Of a stretch of DNA of 64,000 nt, positions 53,816-64,000 are shown piece by piece. The stretch's first letter is position 1. Each line of letters starts with the position of its first letter. The translations under genes and the position numbers were made by a program. The notes beneath the pieces are model-generated. The model was not told the DNA's origin, searched no databases, and worked only from the letters and a program-made list of their open reading frames with translations. Origin of the DNA: Lama guanicoe (Eukaryota); assembly GCA_013239625.1 (NCBI GenBank), contig MU054212.1:6794270-6858269 (forward strand), in the 5' to 3' direction.

Positions 53816-55927
53816 GTTATAGTAAATGAGCTACAATAAATGTAGTTTACCCTCTGTCTACATTTCATCTCATGTAGCCACACTGAGTGTTTAGTATTGA
53901 GCACAGCACTGGGCATATAGTAGGTGTTCAGTAAATATTTCCTAACTAACAACATCAAAAGTTAATGAAATTGACTTCGCCAGGTCCTGTGCAGAGTGCT
54001 TGAGGGAATAAATGATGTATTCAATTTTGCCTCATCATAAGAAACTTAAGTCTAACACCCATGAAAAGCTGTGTCAAAAGTTTAACCTGATTTGTTTTGG
54101 CCTTCGTCTATGAATTCTGAGGTATCTCGATAAAGCAATTCTATCATATTTAGATACAGTTACAATAGTTCAGTCTAAAGAAGTGCAGACACATCCTCTA
54201 ACAAAAATGCATGCATGACTTTAATTTTCAGAGCAAAAGCATCAGAGGTGTAGCCGAGGAACCACTAAATTTCAAAATTAAAGGTCGTCAGTATGCAGTT
54301 GGATGGTAGATAATGTTAACTTTAACAAACATGAAATAAAGTCATATATTAAAAAGAAACTAAATCAGGAGGTGATAGGCTTGATTTCTAGCTGTCAAAG
54401 GAGTGATCTGTTTTTAATATTTTAGTATCTTATATTTGCATCTAGGCCTAAAAACTTGAGGTTTTTTTTATCTCCACACCTAGAAATCTTTTGCCAGGAA
54501 CACTCAATTATTACTTGGCACAGTATGATTTAAGTATAAATCCCACCCTTGTCCCCTTTCAAAACCATTTTCAAACTCTTGCTGTGCTGGTGGCCTGAAT
54601 TCATTTTTGATGGCCTGAAAAAAGACAACTACTTATATCCTACTATTTTAGTATAAGTACAGCATGCATTTATTAAAAATGAAAACCTTTACATGACAAA
54701 GCAAAGTATAAGCAAGACAGGATACAGTAATTTCAGAATCTAATGATGGTAATGCTATAATCCATAATTCAATAAGAAATAAAACAATCTATGTTTGCTA
54801 CTGAATAGCTTTTTCATGTACTCATTCAAAGGTAATTTAAAGTTTTATTACTGAAGACAAGACTGTAAGTATAGAAATATAGAAATGCCATATACAACTA
54901 ATATTTGACTGACTCACAAAGTAAATGGCTCCTCATTTTAACTCAGCTCTCACATTTACTGTACACAGTAAAAACATTCTTTAGAAATGAGACTGTGCTA
55001 TCTTTTGTATGTAGATACTTCTGGCAATTCCAAGAAATACATGTATTTTGCAAGCACTGCATGATGACACATGCAACTGTCTTTTGTCTTTATGTTACTT
55101 AAAAAAATCAAATGAAAAAGCAAAGATGTCACAACTTATTCTACTTTAGTTGCTTCAGTCAGCTAAATAATCAGAGCAGAATTAGGAGAAAAAAATACAA
55201 ATAGTACAATAAAAAAAAGTGAATTCACACCTCAGGCTTATGATGTCCCAGGGCAGCTATTAATGGTTGCTCTTTCTCTAAGTTCATTCCTTTCCTCTCC
55301 ATAGCTTCTGTGTCTCATAATTTAACCAGTATGTTACGAAGTGGAAGACCACATTTGGGAAGTTTCATTTCTGCGATATGTATGCATTTTACCAGTTAAT
55401 GTTTGTTAAGTATGAAACTATCAGCTTCCCAATTGAAGTCTCTAATTTAGTGTATTTTAGGGCATAAAATATTCTTTATGGATGAAACTTTGTCTGCTTA
55501 ATCCATCTGCCAGCAAGTTCTTTTTTTCTGGCCAAATATTGCTCAAGGCCTTCAAGTGTTTCCTCATCTGTGAAATGAAAAGAGGTACTTCCAACCTAAA
55601 ATGCCTTGATCTTCATGTCCCTTTGTAAGTTCAAAAACCTTTCTACAGACTTACAGACTAAACAGCAAAGAACCCAGAACTCTGGATGCATGCTTAGCTT
55701 TCTTTAACTCTCTGTTGTGAAGGCCTGATGGTGAGCTGGGTTTTGTTGTTTTTCAGCATTTATCATTCTTCAAGGGTGCTCTGAGTCACCTTTAAGTCAA
55801 GGGATTTGTCCTCAACAAAAGCACTTTCTTAAATACTAGCTATCAATTTCCTTTTCATTGACAAGTAACTTTAAACATAAAAGATCAACACTGAGGCTTA
55901 AAGTTTTTCAAAATGGTAGACCAGATC

Positions 55928-56332
55928 TGTTCACAGATAAATTCTGTCCCCCTAAAAATATATCCTGGAGTCCTATCCCCAGTACTTCAGAATGTGACCG
56001 TGTTTGGAAATAGGGTCTCTACAGAAGCAGTCAAGTTAAAATCAGGTCATTCGTGTGGGCCTTAATCTAACAGAACCAGTGATCTTTGAAAAAGGGGAAA
56101 TCTGGACACAAACGCACACAGAGGAAAGATGACGGGAAGAGGGCCACCAACAAGTCAGCAAGTGCCTGAAGCTACCAGAAGCCCACGAGACAGGCCTGAG
56201 AGGAAGAGAACATCGCTCTGCTGACACCTTAAACTTGGACTTCTGTTCTCCAATCAATTTTTGGTTTACTAAGCCACCAAGTTTGTGGTACTTGCTGCCT
56301 AGTTTCCTAGACAGCACTGGGAAACTAAAATA
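55928..56332 (+). mobile_element. MLT1 (MLT1B/C-like) ERVL-MaLR LTR
   Basis: gtcctatccccagtacttcagaatgtgaccgtgtttggaaatagggtct..gctaccagaagc..ctgctgacacctt..aagccaccaagtttgtggtacttg. Confidence 0.88.
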
Positions 56333-57229
56333 CTATGCTTCAGACATATGGACTCAGCTTTCTAGCAATAACTTATGATAACAATACTGTGATAGAGAAT
56401 ATTCTCGAAGCTTCTAGAAGCAGAGGCTCTAGCACCAGAATAATTTCTTTGCATTATTTTAAGAATATGGCTATTCTTAAAATAAAAATTTTTTTACAGA
56501 ATTATGAAATGAACCATGATCTAAAATATTTATAATGCAAATAGCAATTTTCCAGCTTCTTTGTTTCATAATTGTGTTTTTATTTACAGGTGGTTTTTAG
56601 ACACAAAAGATTTCTGAAGGCTTTAAAGCAAATCACTGTATGACAGATGTGAGAATGTTTGTCCTGTATCGTAATTGTGAATTGTTACTTTATCTATTTG
56701 CATCCTGGGTGAAATCATCAAATAAAGATTTAAGGGTATTTCTATTTTCGTCAAGGGAAGAGTAAAAACAGGTAATGAGAAAGAACGAGACCTAAAAATA
56801 ATTTATTACAACTTCAGGGATGTTCTTTCCATCCTTCATATGGTCTCTAGTAAAATTCTCTTCAACACCAGAGGCATTTTCTAAAATAGTGTAAGAATTG
56901 CTAAACTTCACTTAGAAAATGACTCCTACTGTCTCTACACTACCATCCTAATGATATCCAGATAAATTTAGTAAATATATTACGATCTTCAGAGATTAAA
57001 TTTAAAATTTTATTCACATTGGTTTCTAATAAACTGACAAGAACATATCTATTTGAATAAGTATATCTTACTGCAAAGTTAATAGTAAATTACTGCAAAA
57101 CAGCAAAAAACATTTGGGACTAATTAAAAGCAAAGTTTATCATAGGACAGATCACCTGTTTCAAAGATAGTGTATTAAGTTCTTTTATAAACTCATATTT
57201 ACATTTTTAAAGAAATTAACATTTAGTGT

Positions 57230-58320
57230 GTTTTTAAACTTAAGAAATTATGTGAATTTGTGAAACAATATTTAAAAATAGAAGAAAGCATAAAGATGGG
57301 AATAAAATCATCAATAATGCCCTACAACTCATTGATAAACTTTATTTAAAATTTCCTGCATTTTCTATCAAATATACATATATGTTAAACATATATAAAC
57401 ACAAATATATGTGATTTAGTATAGTTTAAAACTAGTATATAACCACATAATTTAACCCTAATCACTATCATGCTTTTATGTTGTCACATACAAACTTTCA
57501 TCATTTTACACTATATCAAGGTAATTTCCATGCCATTTGTTAACTTAGAATTTATATATTAAATTCATTGTTTTTATATTTCAGTTTGTACCTACATTAC
57601 ATTTTACTTAACCATCTTCCAATTATTTGGGCATTTATTCTTAAAGACTCTGGAAATCTCAGAGTATTCAACAGGGCGAGTGCTTGATAAATACTGTTAA
57701 GAGATAAATCTATTTTTCTTATTATACTTTCAGTTTTAGTGTCCATTTGTTCATTTAAAGTTTCCTGTTTATGCTGAAATACTTAAACTTGTCTTTTATT
57801 TTTTGATCATATTAGTCATAGTCATGCTAAAGTCCATCCTTTATAAGGACCCCCTGTAGGTATCTGTTTCTCTCATCTGCCTCATCTGCCGTTTCTGCAA
57901 TTTTGTCTCTGCTAGAAGGGTAAGGGCACTAACCCTAGGTCATCTTAACCTAGGCAGTGCTAAAGTGGTTGTAAGGCAATTTATAGTCATTGTGAAGGCT
58001 GGGCTTTTTGTTATTCATTCCAATTCCCAAGGTTATTCTCCAAGATTCTAACTCAGAGCCTGATTTATCAGGACATCCTCCATGAAGGGGTCTGAACTCA
58101 CGAGTATGTTGAAATTTCTGTTCAACTTCTTAACCCCTCCAGATGGAAGTGACCCAATGTTGGGTTCATCTTCTGCTGGATTTTAGCCCCATTATTCTTC
58201 AGTGTTTTACAAGCTCTTTGATGCATTCAAAGAGGCATTTATATATACTTCAGCTTTTCTATTTTTCTCAGTAAAAGAGTTGGTACTAATGAACTTGTCT
58301 GCCATTACCAAAAGGACAAT
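57230..58320 (-). mobile_element. Old L1ME-like remnants (3' end then 5' region)
   Basis: aatagaagaaagcataaagatgggaataaaatcatc and ttttacttaaccatcttcc resemble antisense L1ME 3' end; ttggtactaatgaacttgtctgccattacc resembles an antisense L1M 5' terminus. Confidence 0.45.
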
Positions 58321-61300
58321 ATCAATGACAGCTGAAAAGGAAGGAGATATGAGGGAAGAGTTGCTTCTGTTATTATTTTTAAGGTGTAAGATACCAGTTT
58401 CAGTGTGAATGCTGCTAAGGGTGGAGTCAAGCAGGGAGAAAAAACCTAGGGCACAGAATAAGAGGAATAACTGACAGATACATTTATCTTATAAGCCACC
58501 TATCCTAAAAGTTGGGTAAATCTAGCTCATAAATTTCTCTGCCAGAGACATTTAACTCTTTGAAGGATAAGACCGAATGTTCAACCAGGTTTTTTTTTTC
58601 TTTTTTTTTAAGAAAGCATTCTCTGTACATTGTAGCAGAACGAGCCAGTTTTTGTTCTGTTCTGTGAATCTGTATCTGCAAAGACCAAATGTGGGTTTGT
58701 ATCAGGGAGGGGGACCAGGAGACACTTGACACGCTGGGCTTTAGAGATTTCAAAGGAAAAAAACAGTGTTCTGCTTTAAATAGTTCTCTCTATTTCAGAA
58801 CTGTCACAGCATACTTATGCTGATAAGAGCTTATTATTTTGAACTTAAATATAGGTTCAGCACACTCTTTACCAAAAGACAGTAAGAAAAGAATCAGAGA
58901 ACCCCAATTCTATTAATTCTTGGCAGAATTATTTTCCTGAAGGAATTTTTTATATGTTGTAAGAATAAAACTAAGATTAACTTTTCTGTTTATTTAATTC
59001 ATACTTCATAACAAATAGCTTTTAATGAAACAAACAAAACAAAAAAAACCCTGGATGGTAACATAACTATTTTATTCAGTATAATTTTTTCAGAGAAATT
59101 TAAGCTGCACTTATTTTCCCATTAAGGTTTTTAAAACATTTTTCCAGAGTGTGTTTAATTTTGAAGGTTAAATGGCAAAATGATACTGAATATTAAATGT
59201 ATGATAGAAATCTTCTCGAATTTGAAATAGCTTATATATGTATTTTTCACTAGTTTTCTGAATAGTCTTGAAAGATAAATGGCAGATGTCATTACTTTCA
59301 TACTACAGATAATGAAATTATTAATCCAAGACTTTAAGAAGAAACTTGTAGCCTGGACTATATATGAGTAAAATGTATTTCTAGGTAAGATAAAAGGAGT
59401 AAGTAGAAAAGTATGGCAGAAAACTCAAAAAACCCAAACCGAAAACAGAACCAAAATAAAAAATACATGTAAACACTATTCAACGCAGAGTTAACTTGGA
59501 AGCCTAAATAGTCAACATGGTTCATGTCAGATAAATTTTTATGCTACTTAATCAGTAACCTTGTAGATAAAGGAGATAATGCGTCTTCTGAAACAACAGA
59601 TCTTATTGTTAGAGAGTAATGAGGCATTTGGAGAGCATGTTCATTGATGTATGAATTCACCAGAATGGCCAAGAAAGACGTGGAATTTCCTTCCTGGTAT
59701 GCAGACCTTCTTTGTGGCTCACCTATAAGATATGGGATAAGATTTCTAAAATCTCAGTCTATTTAACTGCATAGACTTTGGTAGCTTGGCTTTTACTGAT
59801 TACCAATGATTTTTATCCCTTACACTCATTAGAAATAAAGTTAAGGTCAGTTAAAAAGTAGATATAGTAACACTAAATAAAAATCATCTCAAGAAAGAAA
59901 TGAAGAAATAAGAAATACAGGATGGAAAACATCCTGATGAGGGTTGGAAACTCTTTTGACTTAAGATCCTAACAACAAGCCCTTCAATGGCTCCTTCTTG
60001 TAGAGACAGAAGAAAAATAAAGCTACTTGTGAAAGTAGTCTTGCCACTTTTCTATAAATCCAAGTGGACCTGAATTTATGTGATGCTCACCCTTCAAATA
60101 AATGTTTCTAGTGACATGAAGATTCAGAAAATGCTTCAACAGCAATAACTGGGATGGACGCTGTGTTGTAATAATTTGGATACACTTGACTAATGCAGTT
60201 ATTTGCAATGAGGTTGGCTCAGTGCCCAAAGCAGTGAACAAACAAATATAGCTCGACAATTGTTTCAAGCCTTCCAAGACAGCAAGAAAGATTTTTGCTC
60301 AGTCCAGGGAGGCCAGTGGTCAACTGCTGCCGACTCTGGTCATCGACACTGCCACAGATATATTTTTAAAACAGTCTTTGTTAAATTCACCATTGTGCTT
60401 TATGTAAAAATGCTGGTGAGGCGCGAGCATTTTTAATCAAATTAGTATGCAACATAAGGCAGCTGTGTATTCAAATGGGTTTTTTAGCAATTTGGTTGTT
60501 TTCCTTATAATAACAGGAAAGAACATTTTGATTTTGAAGGTGACAGAGGCAATATTACCAGAATTAAACAATCTGAATTAGCTTTTTCATGAAATGTAAT
60601 ATGTTTTATGCTTTTAGATGGGACGCTCCGGTGCTTTCAGATGAGCCTTCCACTGTCACAGTCAATGGCCAGGAACAGAATAAGCTCTGGAGGTAGGATT
60701 ATCCTCAAATTTAATTTTTTTTTTTTTTAGAAGAAGCTAATGGCAAATGTTTCTAGCAAACTTTAGGTTCATCTATGTTATAACTAGAGAACCAAGACAG
60801 GATATTAAAAGAACAGATAAGTATAAAATTAGTAAACAAAGTTTGACATTTTGCTTACTCTGTGAATTTAATGCCAAACATGAATATAATCCCTAAAATC
60901 ATAATCAATATGCGTGTCAGACAAAAGCTGCAAAATTTCATTTCTTTGTCAACTTAGGTACAGTCAGAACTCTAGTACATGGGAGAGAAACAAGATCACA
61001 AGTTTAAGTCATCTGATAACGATTTCCATTGCAGAAAGTTTGTGATCCAATCTGGGAGGCGCTTTCTATTATTTCTACATTTTATATGAATTGCTATTCA
61101 AAAGAGGAGCATTCAGAGTCCAACCATACCATTATGCAGATGGGAAATTCCTGTTCCTCTTGATCAAAAGGAAGCAAAAGCTGAGAGGAGGGTAAAAACA
61201 CATACGTAGCATTTAAAGAGTATCTGGAACTCTTGAAATGAATAACTTTCATGAAACCATTTCTTACTATCCAAGATTAGCCAGTGTGGTTTTGAAAAAG

Positions 61301-62859
61301 ACAAGGAAGGTTTTGAACTAGCCCTTCATAATCTAGCTGTTTTATCCATCTTTAGGAGGCAGGATCTTTTGACTTTTTAGCAACTAAGACTGCCTATTAT
61401 TAATATGTATTTGGGCAGGAAGAGGTACCACTTAATTTTGAAATTCCTGGTAGTGGTAAATCATTTCTTTATTTTTATGAACAGGCTATTGAAAAGTCCT
61501 TTCCTAGAAGATGCATATATGGGAAATTTACAGCCTAAGGCTGGACAAACAGTGATTGATGTCAATGATTGCAACATAGTCCAGGAGCCATGTGATCCAG
61601 CTTCAAAGGGAATAATGTCTGCCTAATAGAATAATAAGTGCATGCACTGGGGACCACATAGATGCTCTACAAATATTAGCAAGAGCAATGTGACTAAAGT
61701 AGACTGCTAGTGTTCTGGATGAGAGGATTTTAAAGCCATCTGGTGTCTGGACATCAGCCTGAAAATCACAGGCTTCAATCCATAAGCTAATCCATTCACA
61801 TAGTCCACATACTGAGATGGCTCTCCCCACGGATTTGTTCCATTATCCCAAATCAGTCCCTGTAACCTGTGGAAAGGTCTAATGTCACCTATATAATAGT
61901 AGAGGAGCATTTATTATTTCATTTATGGGCACATTAATTATGGTGATTCAAACAGTTAAGGGCTCCATACTCGGAGAAAGGAATGGACAGAAATGAATAG
62001 ATTAATATAGGTAATATTTTGCGATTAAAATTGTATTTTCTTTGGTCATTGTGAAAAACCAAAAATCAGAATATACTCGGTCTTATGCTTAGTAAGAAAT
62101 GTAAATAATTCTAAAATGATAAAAATAAACATTCAGGGATAAAAATAGTATCTAAGAGGAATTTCAATTCAATCAACATTTAATGAGAATATATAAGTAG
62201 ACAGAAAAAACAGGTTATGGAAGCCCTGCCTTCAAAGATTAAAGAGTCAAAAAGAGAAAAAACACACAAGTGATACAAGTCAAAGGCATGTAGTCAAAGC
62301 AGTGCCAACAAATACTAAAGTAATGCTTAATGTTCTCAAAAGTGCTTGTACTTCAAGTTATGTAATAATTTAAAATACAATTTAGGCTTCTTAACTTATT
62401 TTTAAATATTTTATAACATCCTTTAGTTTTAGAGTTATATTTGTTTCTTTAGAAAAACATTGTCTACCAGTATATAAAATAACACATTAAAATCTTTAAG
62501 ATGTCTTTGTGAAAACATTATTTTAAATTAAAATATTAATTTTAATATGCTATTTATTCATATTCCCAAACTTAAAATACCATGCCAGAATCCCTCCTTT
62601 AAAGCCATATCATCAGAGCAAGGCACCTGATGCTTTTTCTTGATTTTTATGTATTGTTTTTTACATCCTCTATCCCAGGGAAACAGTCCTTTCTAAGATT
62701 ATTACCGATTTCTGCCTTTCCCATTTAGATGAGTCATCTTGAGATGAATCCATTTTACACTGAATATTCCCATGACCTATGTCTTCAAATCATGTAAGTA
62801 TGACAATCACTGAATATTTTTTCATATGAATAAAACCAATCTTATCTTTCACTTCCTAT

Positions 62860-63040
62860 TCTTTGGAGTGTTCTCCAATGGCTAACATGAAAATTTCCTG
62901 CCTACACAATGAGGCTGTAAGTTCAGTGAGGGAAGGACACGGACTTCTAATTATCTCGAATTCCTCCTATCACCAATTTATAAGCGCCTTCTATAGAGAT
63001 CAGTTTACCACAAAAACTAAGAATGCTTATTAAATAAATA
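62860..63040 (+). mobile_element. L2 3' end
   Basis: ggctgtaagttcagtgagggaaggacac..aagaatgcttattaaataaat. Confidence 0.5.
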
Positions 63041-64000
63041 GAAAAAAGAAATTGCCTCCTTGGGCACATATGGTCACACTACTCACTATAAGTGTTTGAA
63101 ATTTCAGTATTACCGCCGTCTGGCTAATGCCTTTATCTAGGTGGAGGGAGAAGGGATGAGATGAGGTCCGCTCACTTACGATCATCAAGCACAGGTCTAC
63201 GAACACCACCTGTGTCCCAGGAACATGGCTGAATTAAAAGTAATTCCTGTTCTCGAGAATTTATAATCTAAAATGCATGCAAGGACTTTCTTAGCTTTTA
63301 AGAATTACTAAAAGCTATCTTTTGATTCTACTTCCCCCTGCCCCAATAATTAAACTTTTAATCCGTTTGTCTCTGAGATGGTCATCAAATATGGTTTCAA
63401 AGTTATGAACTGGGGTTTGCAAATTATCTAGAAAGTTAGCAACTAGTATTGGTAAAAAAAAAATATTGCAAAATGGGCAGAGACATTAAGTTGTCCTTGT
63501 TAAAAATGATTTTTACAGTTACTCTCTGGAAAAAAAAAAAGAGAAGCCTGGAAAGTGGGCCAAAAATTGGAAATAATCAGAATAGATTGTGGAAGAAGTA
63601 ATACATTAGCTCAAAGTGAGAAGATTAGTGAATCTTGGGGGTTTTTCCTGAGAGGAAACTGTCAGAGACTTAAAGTTGGAATATGTAATTTCATTCTAAT
63701 TTGGGGAAGGAAAAAAGAGACTCAGACATAAGAGGCTGTAAAGTCAGTAGTCAAGGGAAGTTCACTATTGATGAAGGATAGACTCAGGGTAAGTAAGAAG
63801 CAAATATACTCAATTATGCATTATGAATATTTTTCCAATGTGTAGAACACTATGTGCAGGATGAGTCCAATTTTGTTAAAGGAGAGACTGAAAGTATGTA
63901 TACCATGAAGCTAAAAATGTTATTGTTTCATGTTGGGATTGCAGGTGTTCAGAAAGATTGTTTTTGTTTTTGCTTTCACTAGTTTCCGTATTTTCTGTAA

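Noticed and set aside
57925..57961. Short hairpin (cctaggt..acctagg flanked by gcact..agtgc) as a pre-miRNA
   Set aside because: Stem far too short and inside a probable L1 remnant.
60023..60277. 84-aa ORF / possible 180-nt exon (60091-60270, minus)
   Set aside because: Weak acceptor (..cttggaAG), phase 1-1 incompatible with the phase-0 host intron, no recognisable homology.
63180..63270. Minus-strand exon-like segment ending in GTAAGT
   Set aside because: Sequence is a decayed L2 3' end with a weak acceptor.
1..64000. CRISPR array, operon, prophage or other novel multi-gene system
   Set aside because: No regularly spaced repeats, no dense long ORFs; composition and repeats are those of a mammalian intron.

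Overview
Mammalian (eutherian) nuclear DNA: AT-rich, CpG-poor and dense in ancient repeats (L1M, L2, MIR, MLT1, MER5A, MER58A, L3/CR1). The one well-supported coding feature is a 135-nt internal exon on the minus strand (18628-18762; FCQLQRRIHKVWQKHFELVVLYSQMRLAKFQIDSQESIQKILAVQ). It matches my recollection of the penultimate exon of CCDC178, so the window is probably almost all intron of that gene. A young 5'-truncated L1 (12281-13693) has a perfect 17-bp target-site duplication and a cetartiodactyl-type 3' UTR. Together with no visible Bov/CHR/PRE-1 SINEs, this suggests a camelid (inference). None of the supplied ORFs looks like a real gene. I see no CRISPR array, operon or other novel multi-gene system. 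The best leads are unverified splicing candidates in the long intron (a possible alternative last exon, a 12-nt microexon, AG|GT recursive-type sites, poison-type exons) and several enhancer/CTCF-like segments. Repeat family calls are by eye from remembered consensus sequences and their boundaries are approximate unless a TSD is given.
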